64,000 bases of DNA, from assembly GCA_024137785.1 (NCBI GenBank), contig JAHRHZ010000078.1, positions 15,708,936 to 15,772,935 on the forward strand, given 5' to 3'. This document shows positions 38,643 to 50,575 of the stretch, in pieces. The translations under genes were made by a program, and so were the position numbers. A model generated the notes under the pieces. That model was not told where the DNA came from. It did not search any database and saw nothing but the letters and a program-made list of their open reading frames with translations. Position 1 is the stretch's first letter. Every line of letters starts with the position of its first letter. This DNA is from Ginglymostoma cirratum. Taxonomy: Eukaryota.

Positions 38643-41619
38643 AATAAGAATAGTCAATAATTGGTCACACTTGCCGAAAAAATTCCAAGACCTGCTACCA
38701 AGTTACGAAAAGAATGTTCATTGAGAAACATTAAAAGAGCTTGGATAGGTACCTGAATGTCTGTTTGAAACAATGGCTTTCACAAGGTTTCTAAAAGGGG
38801 GAAGAGACTTGCACCAGGTTTGTTTGAGTATGTAACTCACAGGCCTAAAGGAGCCAAGTTGTGAATTGAACTGGATAAAAGACAGGAATAGAAGACAATT
38901 AATTTATTCAAAGCAAAGGCTTCGAAGGTAGAGATGAGAGAGAGGTTCAGCAGGCTAACACCAGCAAAGGTGTTGTTGGAGAAGGACCAGAAAGCACCAC
39001 CCCTAACAAATGAGAAAGAAAGTCAGTGCCAGATACTTGTCTTAATTGTTACTGACATAAAACTATTTATTTTAGAGATAAAGACAATATTAGTAAGATA
39101 GAAACATGGGGACTCGTGAAATATTTATTTTAAGTTATTATAAATGCTACCACACTCTTATGGAGTTAAACTGACTTATGATGAAGTTTAAAGCTTTTAC
39201 CATATGGTACAAAAAGTTACAGCAGACCACACCTGATGCACTCCACAACATCGATCCCTACTATTATTCTTATTTTAAAGCCATAAAATCCATTTTAAAC
39301 ATTTGTTTCTTCTATTCCTCCTCACTTAGTTATTTACCCAACATAGTCATTTACAAAAGCCAGAATCTGATTTGAATTATTCTATCCACTGTTTTTGTGT
39401 GTTATTTCTGCCACGGGCTTTCCAGTAGGTCAGGAATCCCTCATGACTATTCTAACTAAGGCATTAATAGTGTGTGGTTTTTAACCATATACGTATGATT
39501 CATCTTTCCTTCAAACATCAAACAAAGGGCCCAAAAAGTCTACAATAGAGTTATTAAAACTTTGGTAGGTTTAATTACATGCTTAAGTTACATTTTCAAT
39601 ATTGATACATTAACCTAAAATTGAAATATTTTTTATGTTTAACCATCACAAAACACAGATCTTTATTCTCCTCTTTGTGAAGTCCTATTTTTTTCAGCTG
39701 CAGTACATTTCAAGTCAAGTAGTTGAAGGAAGCCATCTGGAAAATGAACCATAACAGCAATTAAAAAGTGCTTAGATTTCAAGAATGCAGGAAACTTTGA
39801 CCTTTCTTCATAATTAACCTGGACAGAACTCATCAAAAGCACAAAACAAAGGAGGAGCATCTTATTTGCGTTTGCACTGCATTTACAACTGCTTACTTTC
39901 AAAAACTACACTCTCCAACACATAAACCAGGAATTCTTCAAGTTTTGTTTTAGCAATCATTTTCCTCGTTTCAGAATTTTAGAACGGCTATAAAAAGCTT
40001 CTGAAAAGGAAGCATGTTGATGCAACGATTGTGTTTGGATAAAATACACACATTTTAATTGGCTGCCAGATGGCTTTGCTTGAACTCATGGACCCAGCTG
40101 TACCACTGCACACAGACTTCTCCTTGTCTTTCATGAGCATCATTGATTACTTGATGGCTCTGAATGAGCTGCTAGTGAATAAAGACTGGGGCATAAATAA
40201 TCCATGACAAAAGGAGAATTTAACTGAGGTATTTATTTGTATAGTAGAACCAGAGTACACGGTCTCAGAATAAGGAGTAGACCAAGATGTGGAGGAATTT
40301 CTACATTCAGGATAATGAACCTTTGGAAATTTTTACTCCCGAAGTCTGTTGAGACTCAGTGATTGGGCACATTTGAGACAGAGATCAGAGATTGATCCAT
40401 TTCTGGATATTATAGACATAAAGGGATATGTGGATAGTGTGTGAAGGATCAACCACAATATAGTTTAATGGCTGAGCAGGGTCAAGGGACTGAATGGCCT
40501 ACTCTTGCTATTTCCTATGTCTATACGCGTGCAAAAATTAGAAGTTAGAGACAGCATATGAAAAAAGAATTTACATCTAGCTTGACCAGCAGGCTTTGCT
40601 AAACTCTAGTTACCAGAGATAAATGTGTTTTCAATGAGGAAGTCAACATGACTTAAGCCCAAGGACTTGACATCGAGGGAGCTGGGACACAAAATACATG
40701 AGATAAACTTTCCAGGCTTCTGGCCTTTTTTTTTAACTTCAGTTTCTACTGCTTTTCCTTTAATGTTGAAATAACAACACACAAGAAATTATTTTCAGCA
40801 TTTATATTTTAGATCCTAAGTTCATCATCTTTCTCATGTTTTATCTTGATTTGATTGGACATGGAGAGAACAGGTTGCAGAGTGTGGCTATTGATGTTGC
40901 TATTACACAACCTCTCAGCTACCAGAAACTACATAGATAATCTAGACAGTGCCAAGGCAATCACTGTTTTCTACATAGTGCAAAACATTCCCTAAGAAAT
41001 GCTAGTTCTCTATAGTGATGTAGCATGCAATCACCAGTTCAAATCATATGGACTAAAGATGTATCAGATCATATAATTTAGATGAAGACTATTGTTACTT
41101 TCATGACTCCCAGGCGGGGTCAATCAGAATGCACTGAAATTTCTGTGGAGAAATCCTAAAGAGCTGGAAGAGCCTACTAAGCTTCTTAAATGTAGGTGAT
41201 GTATGTTTTGGGAAAGTAAGAAAACCACTACAGCAATTTTATAAGCTGAAAATGTCGTTTTTCCATCTCTGTGCAAAATAGGATGTTGACATAGTACAGG
41301 TTGCAGCTTGTCAAGAATGAAACACTTCTTAGGACAAACACTTCAAGGTAATAGTACCTAGGCTACATTGGCATTAAAAAATCTGATAGATATTGAATGT
41401 TAGAGATTTAGATAACATTGTTAAGAAATTTAATCATCAGAAATGTGACAGAAGATCTTGAAGAGTAGGGTTGAGTGGAAAAATAGTTGACAGGAAGCTA
41501 AATTTTCAGGGTTAAAAATGTTGTTGAATGGTCAGCTGTATATACAGAATATTACATTTATATTGCAGTTAAAGTATTAATGTAGCCTGAATCCAAGGTA
41601 CTGGAAGAAATGTTTAAAA

Positions 41620-42045
41620 TAATAAACCATCCAGCCCCTTGAGATTGGTCTTCTAATTTGATCATGGTTGATCTATACCTCAATTCTATTTACCTTTTAT
41701 ATATGTGCATTAGCTTCCAATGCTTTGTTTACATGAACACCTGCTCCTCTACAACATCTAGTCTGTCACCAGGAAGAAAATATTCCCGCTTATCTTTCTT
41801 AGATCAAAAATTAAATTGCTTCACTTTATCAAACATTGCACTTCATCTGCCACAGTTATACCTACTCACTTTCTCCGCTCACTTCTGCACAACTTAACTT
41901 GCCTCCTAACTTAGTAACATCTGCAAATTAGGATATGCAACTTTCTATTTACTTTCCTCAGTCATTGATACTACACATGGTGAAATGCTGTCACCCTAGT
42001 ATAGGTACCTAGGAAACATAGTTGTCTTATGCCACCAATCAGACA
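41620..42045 (-). mobile_element. Old CR1 fragments
   Basis: catctgcaaatt (reverse KFAD) and cacttcatctgccac (WQM) remnants. Confidence 0.6.
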
Positions 42046-42049
42046 GCAC

Positions 42050-43479
42050 TTGTAAACAGAATTTTCCGTTTAGAAACTTTTAATTAAATAGTTACAGAGT
42101 ACTACATATGAAGGTTAGGTTCTATTACAAAGAGAAATTCATTGGGTATAGGGAGGTCTGTAGAGAGATTCCCTTTTTCCATCTATATCATAATAATGTG
42201 AATGTTCAGTATTTCAGCAAATTCTGTGCAAAACACATCGTAAAAACTAAATACAATTTCTATATTGTATATTAAAAGTATAGCACTCATTTTCCAGATT
42301 TGTTAATCAAAATTTACATCTGACAAAGACCTATCTACTGGGTTCAGACAATTAATTGAAAAGGTGCTAGATAACTAAATGATACAAGCTTATGATATTT
42401 TAAAACAAGTCTTGCTTTTGAAAAAGTGCTGCATTTCAATTGGTGTTATTGGCAGCAGAGCAATTATTAATTTAATTGTACCACCAGCTATCCGCAACTA
42501 AAAGATAAAATATGGTTATTTCCATGGTTAGATCTGTTCAGTAAACCTAGATTGAATTATTCCAACTTGATGTGTTGATGTTTAACTAAGTCTAATTTTA
42601 AAGTGTATTAAACACAGCCATGCCTTTTGTGCACTTAGGTTTATGTCAGTCATGCGCCAGAAGCAACAAGTATTCATTTTAGCTTCATTACCAAAAGGAG
42701 TCGTTAAAATTTCAAAGTTTCCACAGTTAGAGAATCAGATTTTTCCTTTCTGGCACTATATGCATTCTTAATCATATAATGTAGTAGCGATGACATAAAA
42801 AGCAATTTTGTTTAATGTTATGTAAATACAACATTAGTTTCTGTTTAGGCCGCATATAGAATCACATGCATACATTGCAATGAGTGTTGCTTCACTTGTG
42901 CCTAACAGGACAGTGTTGTGTACTGTCCTGGTGCCAGTTTAGTCGGCTTGCATAAAACCAACTGAAAGTCTTTGACTGGTGCAAGGCATTACTTTCCATC
43001 CCCAGAGGCCAGAAATTGTAAACAGAATGTTCCGTTTGGAAACTTTTAATTAAATAGTTACAGAGTACTACACATGAAAGTTAGGTTCTATTACAAAGAG
43101 AAATTCATTGGGTATAGGGAGGTCTGTAGAGAGATTCCCATTTTCCATCTATATCATAATAACGTGAATGTTCAGCATTTCAGCAAATTCTGTGCAAAAT
43201 ACATCATTTAAACTAAATACAATTTCTATATTGTATATTGTATATTAAAAGTATAGCACCCATTTTCCAGATTTGTAAATCAAAATTTACCATCTGACAA
43301 AGATCTATCTACTGGGTTAAGGCAATTTATTGAAAAGGTCCTTGATAATTAAATGATACAAGCTTATGATTTTTTTTTAAACAAGTCTTGCTTTTGAAAC
43401 ACTGGTGCATTTTAATTGGTGTTTTTGGCAGCAGAGCAATTATTAATTTAATTGTACCACCGACAATCTGCAATTAAAG
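42050..43479 (+). repeat. Local direct duplication: 42050-42503 and 43016-43479
   Basis: Both begin ttgtaaacagaat.ttccgttt.gaaacttttaattaaatagttacagagtactac and end ...ttaattgtaccacc...; about 90% identical by eye. Confidence 0.97.
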
Positions 43480-44584
43480 CAGTGTTTTAATTAAAAAGTA
43501 TATTTAAGTGGAAGACTCCTCCTGGCACTGTTGTAAGCCTGTCAGATGTGGCCAGGCTGAGCAGACTGTAACTGCGGGCCAGCTGTTGCCTGACCATATT
43601 TGTGCTACATGAAAGATGCAATAGATTCACTACTGAACTTGTCACTCCATCTTCTTGTCAGCTAAGTGTCTGCGGGTAGGTCGACAGTACATTAGAATGG
43701 TAAAAGTCAAGAATAATTGCTTTATAGTTTTAAAAATAATGAATATTATTGTTATTAACATATGTGGAACACACTGAGATATGACGATCAGTGAGAAAAT
43801 CCAATCACAAGTTATAAATTTAAACACTGTATAAAAGTAATGTCATTCTTGAACGTATCTTACACAGCAAATTTTCTAACTGACAATACAATCAATATAC
43901 AATTCACTAATTCCTGATGTCTTTCCTGCCTGTGTAAGGTAATTGTTGAGATTAAAATAATATAGAAGCCTCATTCATAATAATTGCCTGAATTCTTTTG
44001 ATTCAAATATGTCAGTTTTGAAACTAAGTGTGATAAAATAAACTATACCAACTATCAGCAAATGAACCGCTAAACACAGACTCGAATTTACCTAACTTAT
44101 CAGATAAATGCAAGTATTGAACCAAATGCTTCATAAACAAGAAACTTTCTTGTCACTGTTTTGGGACTGAGTATGCCTGTATTTTTTAAATTGGTACTGT
44201 TTTGATTATCACATTTTGCTGCAGAAAATCTTAAAAATGGCCTCTCGCTCAACATGTATTAATCTTAGAGAATGCTTAAAAGATTTTGTTTAGTGTCACA
44301 CCCAATAGTTGTGATAATGGTTTAAGTAGAATGGATGACAAAACACAAAAAGAATATCATTTTTAGTTGCCTACTTTTAGTAAATAAACCTGTAGATTAT
44401 TCACATATTTGTGTTGCTGGTCTACAGGAAGTAGCATTATGAAATATAATTATCTTCTTTGTGGCTGCTTCCCTTCACTTCTGATTTTAAATCAATGCAT
44501 TTTGTAGTGACTAAAGCCCAAAATATATAAATTGCAGGTATATATATAATCCACAAATCCCTACGTAACCTGGGTCTATCTCCT

Positions 44585-45170
44585 CTAGAACTTCAAAGAA
44601 TGAGCAGTGATCTCATCAAAGCCTACAATATTCTTACAAGTTCCTGACAGGGTAGTTACAGATAAGATGATATCTCTTGACTGAAGGGGGCTGGAAACAA
44701 GGGATGTAGTTGCAGAGTAAGAGGCAGGCCATTTAAAACTGAGATAAGGAGAACTTCCTTCATTCAGAAAGTAATGAACCTTTGGAAATTCTCCACCCAA
44801 GAAGACTACAGAAGCTGAACCAATGAATGTGTTCAAGGCAGAATTCAGTAAATTTTGGGTAACTAATGACATGAAGAGATATGGGGATAGAGGGAAAAAT
44901 GACGTAGTGACAGATGTTTGGTCTGTGAGAATGACAGTGCAGGGTCAATGCAATGGACTACCCCTGCCCCTAATTTCAATGCTTTTAATATAGCTTTAAT
45001 GGCAGTGTTTCAAAGAGGAAAAGAGGGACCATGGATGCCGTGCATAGATCTTTGAAAGTGGATCGGTATTTTGAGAAGGCAGATTGCAAAGTAGATGGTA
45101 GTTTGGGATTCATAAACAGAGATATTGAGTATAAAAACTGGGAAGTTATGCTGAACCTTTGTAAAGCTCT
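44585..45170 (+). mobile_element. CR1 3' fragments
   Basis: SLE.RR...DLI and F..R.IEYK-type remnants plus 3' UTR. Confidence 0.7.
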
Positions 45171-45378
45171 TTATAAACATACAAAATAGGAGCAGAAGTA
45201 GACCATTTGACCCTTCAGGCCTATCCTGCCAATCAATGTAATCATGGCTGATCTATTTGTGCTTTCAGAATCCCATTTTTATGTCAATAAGTCTTGATTC
45301 CCCGGTCTAACAAGAATCTAGCCATCCCTGTTATAAAAGTATTAAACGGCCCTGCCTTCACTGCCTTTTGGGGCAGAG

Positions 45379-46324
45379 GTCAAAAATCACACGACACCAG
45401 GTTACAGTCCAGCAGGTTAATTTGAAAACACATGCTTTTGAAGCATTGCTCCTTCAGCAGGTGTAGTGAGAGAGGCGTTAAGACACAGAATTTATGAGTA
45501 AAAGATCAAAAGATCATACAACTGATGCCAATGTTTGAATAAATCTAAAATAGCTGGCTGACTTGCTCCTGCCAAATCTTTAATCGGTTAGAAAGGAGAT
45601 GCAGGTTTCAATTGATTGAAATGCAAATCCCAGAATTTCTTTCAAGTCACTGCCCCAAGATAACTAAAGGTTTTAATCAGAGTGTACAAGATGTGACATC
45701 TCAGGTCAGACAATGCATTTTAGGTGTGAGGCCTTGTTTAGAATCTGTCGTATGTTTTAACCTGGAGTCAGACTAGTTTTATTTCCAAAGCAGGAATTTA
45801 TAAAATGCCCCATTGACTGACTGTGTGTACAAATTGCGTGTTTTTTGAACAAAATAGAATGTATCTGCAAATGCAAATTTGTCCCATAGATTTTAATGTA
45901 CGCATGTGCGTGTGCGTGGGGGAGGGGCGAAGAGAGAGGGAGAGAGAAAGAAAGAAAGAAAGAGAGAGACAGAGTATGTGTGTGTGTGTGTGTACGTATG
46001 TGTGAGTGTGAGTGTGAGGGAATGTACGTGTATGAGAGAGTGTGCGTGCAAACATATGTGAGAGGGTCTGTGCGAGTGTGTATAAGAGCGACTGTTTATG
46101 TATGCATGTGTGTGAGACAGCGTATAGTGTGGTGGGGTCACCTGTAGTGCGACATGAATCCAAGATCCCACTTGAGGCCATCCTCATGGGTACCTAACTT
46201 TCAGCCTCTGCTTGGCAATTCTGCGTTGTTGTATATCCTGAATTCCACCCCAGAGGATGTTTACCTGAAGATCTGATGCCAAATGCCCTTGACTGCTGAA
46301 GTATTCCCGGGGGGGGGCCCCCCC

Positions 46325-46362
<38 letters not shown>

Positions 46363-46839
46363 CAGTCAGTCAATGTGGCGTTTTATAAATTCCTACTTTA
46401 GAAATAAAACCAGTCTGACTCCAGGTTAAAATACAGACAGATTCTAAACAAGGCCTCACACCTAAAATGTATTGTCTGACCTGAGACATTACCTCTTGTA
46501 TACACTGATAAAATCTTTAGTTATCTCGGGCAGTGACTTGAAAGAAATTATGGGAATTGCATTTTAATTGATTGAAACCTGCATCTCCTTTCTAACTGAT
46601 TAAAGATTTAGCAGGAGGGAGTCAGCCAGCCATTTTAGATTTATTCAATACATTCACATCAGTTGTATGATGTTTTGATCTTTCACTGAGATTCTGTGTC
46701 TTGATGCCTCTGTCACTACACTTGTTGAAGGAGCAACGCTCCAAAAGCTAGTGTTTTCAAATAAACCTGCTGGACTGTACCCTGGTGTTGTGTGATTTTT
46801 GAACTTTGTCCACCCCAGTCCAACATTGGTACCTCCACA
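45379..46839 (-). mobile_element. Second-family PLE 3' end with ~440-bp inverted arms
   Basis: 45383-45825 is inverted to 46362-46800. Minus strand of 46140-46305 encodes EYFSSQGHLASDLQVNILWGG...THEDGL..DLGFMSHY (GIY-YIG C-terminus). Decayed hammerhead gaaggagcaacgctccaaaagcta. Confidence 0.9.
45900..46130. repeat. Compound (GA)n/(GT)n microsatellite within PLE 3' UTR
   Basis: Direct inspection; a (CA)n tract also lies at 46327-46358. Confidence 0.9.
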
Positions 46840-47089
46840 CTCTGAAGCAGAGAGTTTCAAAGTTGTGTAATCCTCTAAGAGAAAAACTTCTCCTCACCTA
46901 TATACTGAAAGGGTGACCCTTGATTTTAAAACAGTACTCCCTGGTTCTGGACTGACTCATAGGAGAAAACATCTTTTTATGCCCACCTTGTCAAAACCAT
47001 TCAGGATCTTAAATAATGCAATCAACTTACTCCTCACTCTTAATCACCAGTGAAAACAAGCTCAGCTTGTCCAAACTATCCTAAGACTT

Positions 47090-47460
47090 TGACTTGATTT
47101 ATTTTACTATTTAAGTATTGTTTAGTGTCGCAACTCTGCGGCACCATCTTAAAAAAGAGGAAATATACCAAAACACAGAATATAAAGCTGGAATATTAAA
47201 ATAATAAAGTTTATTTTATTGTCTTAACTCAATAAAGTTAGGTGGTCTTTGGAACAGGTCCAGCTTCCAGCTCAGCTATGGGACTTGATCTGGGCTTCTC
47301 CACCCTGCTGCTAAACTGACTACACTGCAGCAATCCCCACCCACACCACCGCAGTCGCTGGAAGAAAGAGACACCAGTCTCCAGTGCCATCTCATCTCTG
47401 TCAATGCCGCTGCCGCCTTGAGTTCACGCTGGACCAACCTCACCAACGAGGCTACCACCT
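47090..47460 (-). repeat. Unclassified interspersed repeat with aagatgg(c/t)g motif; related end at about 35380-35487
   Basis: gcggcaccatcttaaaaaag (about 47138-47157) resembles ccgccatcttgaaaag (35471-35486); aataaa + tcaa-type tail on the minus strand. Confidence 0.4.
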
Positions 47461-47949
47461 AATCAAAGGCCGACAACATCCAGGTCTTGATTAATCAAGT
47501 GTCACCGTCAGATTATGATATAATCTTTTCAGCAAAGCATCCAACCGCAATGTCCTTAACCTTTCCAGATGCAGCGGCTGGTGATACTTAAATCTTGATG
47601 AATTGAGTGACATTGATCTAATGTTTGTTTTTGACGAACCCATCTGCAAAACCTTTTCCTCTGATATTTTCGCCTTATGTTAAAGGAAAGCTGCGCATGC
47701 ACCCTGCTGTTCCTTGCCCACCACAAACACGGCCGACATGCATGTGTCTCAAAGAGAAGTGCCCCTAATAAAGATGGCATTGTTAGCCCGGGCCTCTCAA
47801 CTTCTGAGGCCTGCATCTGTTTTCCTGTTTGCAGCAACCCAGGAATTAGAGTTCTGATGGGTATCAGGCTGCCAACACCGGATGTTTATGAAATGTCCCA
47901 GGCCACACTACCTCCCGTTTCTCTTCTGCTCTCTGCTGCTTTCTCCCTC

Positions 47950-48460
47950 TTTACATTTTCCTTCACCAACCACACTCACCAAATCCTAGATACTGGCCTA
48001 CAGCACAAACTGCTCATTCCAGGTATCAATTAAGTACATCTCTTCTAAATCACCTCCAATGTATCTACAGTCTTCCTGAAATAAGGGGACTACAACTGCA
48101 TATAATGAACGTAACCTGACTCGTGCAGCTGAACACCTAACTGCCTCTATATCTCAAAATTCTGCAAGCATCCTCTGTTCAAGTAATACTCTTTTATAAA
48201 ATTTCTCTTGCCAGAGTGAACAACTTCACATTTTCCCACGTCATCTGCCAAACTTTTGCCCATTCACTCACTGCGCCTATATCTGCCTGTGACTTCCTTA
48301 TGTCTTCTTCACAACATACTTTCCTATCAATCTTAGTGTTATCTGTGGACTTAACTACCATGTTTTGCTTTCTTCATCCAAGTAATTAAGATAAAGTGTA
48401 AAAGATCGAGGCCTCAGCTCAGATACCTACAGAATCCACTTGTCACTTTCTGCCAGACAG
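47950..48460 (-). mobile_element. Old CR1 RT fragment
   Basis: Reverse-complement remnants of VPQG, D.TKIG and W...WQM motifs. Confidence 0.65.
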
Positions 48461-48739
48461 CCATTTATGTTTTGTTTGTTATGTTTTATTCTGTGTTTTC
48501 TGCCTGTTGTGCATCCAGATTTAGGAATGATGTGCGGATATTCGAGAAAGTGCTGAGGAGATTCGCCAGAATGGTTCCATTAATGGGTAGCTTTGCTGTA
48601 AGGTTGGAGAAACTGAGCTTTTTCTCCTTCAAGCAAAATGAAATTGCGGGGCGATATATATAATTCTATGGCAGGCTTGGATAAGGTAGATTGAAAAATT
48701 CTCAGTTCTTAAACACAAGAACCAGGAGCCACAAAGGCC

Positions 48740-49695
48740 AATAATTTAAGCCCCACTACATTACAACAGGAGTTTCTCAGGGTATGATCTTTGCCCAACC
48801 ACCTCCAGCTTCTTCACCTTTCCTCTAACATAAGGTTACTTGTAAGAATATTTTCTCATAAATACACAGTATTCAGCACTATTTGTGATATAGACACTGT
48901 CTATGACCATATGCAACAACACCCAGACAACATTCAGGCTTCGACTGACAAGTGATGAGAAAATTCATACTGCACAAAAATCAGGCAATGACCATTGTCA
49001 ACATCATAGAATCAAACCATTTCATTTAACATTCAACAGCATCACCATTGTTGAACTTCCCCCATCCTGGGGGTTATTACTGAATAAAAGTCTAACTAGG
49101 CCAGCCATATTAATACTGTTATTACAAGATCAGGTCAGACACTGAGAATTCTGCAGTGAGTAACTCATCTCTCAATTCTTGAAAACATATCCACCTGTTA
49201 GAAGGCAGAAGACAGGAGTAAAATGGAGTACCTGTCACTTGAGTGCAGCTCCAACTATATTCAAGACATTCAATGTCATTCTAGACAATTTTGGCCTTTA
49301 ATCATTATACATCCACCACTTGAACTACACTGTCACACAGTGGCAAAAGTGTCAAATATATACAAGTTGCAATGCATTGACTCACCAAAACTTCTTTGGC
49401 AGCACCTTCCAAACCAGCAACTTCTTTCACCAAATCCAGTAGGCACATCTGAACATTACTACTTGCAGCTCTCCAAGCTACACATTAAATTGGCTTGGAA
49501 TTAATATTTCTTCATTATCACTGTACCAAAATCCTGGAATTCCCTTTTCTAACAACACAGTGAGTGTATCTACATAATATCGATTGTAGCAGTTTGAAAA
49601 GGCAGCTCACCACAAACTTCTCAAGGGGAATTAGTGACGTGTAACAAATGGCGATTTCACCAGCAACGCTTATGCCCCATATAAGGAAAAATAAA
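48740..49695 (+). mobile_element. CR1-clade family B LINE fragment inserted in a CR1 3' end (48500-48730, resuming 49700-49930)
   Basis: Homologous to 2382-3338 along its length. Confidence 0.8.
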
Positions 49696-50399
49696 TCATG
49701 TTTTGGGCGATAGAAATAGAGGAAATTTGAGGAGAACTTGTATATGCAGCTGCTTGTAATGACCTGGAACTCACTGCCCATAAGGGTGAACAAAGAAGAA
49801 ATAATCAATAATTTCTAAAGGACATTGGATGGGCACTTGAAGGAAATAAATGTGCAGGGTCACAGGGATAGACCAGGGGAAAGGGCCTGGATTGCTCAAC
49901 AAGAGAGCTGACACAGAATGGAGAGCCCTTCTTTGGCTCTAGGTTTTGAGAGTAGGAAAGAACCTAACTTCAAGTCATGAGATCAAGAACATTGTGAATG
50001 AATCCCTTAATGTGCAAGTCAGCCGAGGTTATGCTTAAAATATGTCTTCCAAAACCAAAAAAAGAGTAAATATACACATTACTTTTAATTATTGAATATG
50101 ATCTCAATTACAGAAATAAAATTGATTGCACAGTCGCTGTTTCATTTTGTTACTTCGTTGTTCCTGATTTCTCAGTATCTTTTGTGCAAATTATTTTTCT
50201 AAATTTTTCTCGTTTGGCAAAATAATGCATTAATTATTCCTAAGCTAATGGCAAGACTGAGTTTATCTGGGAACTTAGGGCTAGTAGACTGTTCAGCATT
50301 ATCTGAATATACCAGATTTTAGGACTTCTGAAGACGAAACCAAATTAAAACACTAAACACTGCATGTTTACACTGTTTTCTAACAAATTAACACCGTGA

Positions 50400-50575
50400 A
50401 ATAAAAACCTTGCATTTATATGACACCTTATCAAATTCCTTAGAAATGTTCCCAAACACACACAATGAATAACTTTAAAGACCTGTTGCTGTTGTAATGT
50501 AGACACATGTGGCAACCATTTAGCACAAAGTAAGTCCTCAGAACCAATAATAACTAACCAGCTGGTCTTTTTTAA
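50400..50575 (-). mobile_element. DeuSINE-like (SacSINE1/AmnSINE1-related) 3' fragment
   Basis: acttgcatttatat-type tail (accttgcatttatatgacacc) and gttgtaatgtag...gcaaccatttagcaca. Confidence 0.65.

Larger units (their letters stand above)
45177..47085 (-). mobile_element. CR1 3' fragment split by the PLE at 45379-46839
   Basis: Host reads ...actgccttttggggcagag | agtttcaaagttg... Confidence 0.75.

Noticed and set aside
45798-46187. ORFs rich in H/T or V/C
   Set aside because: Translations of CA/GT microsatellites.
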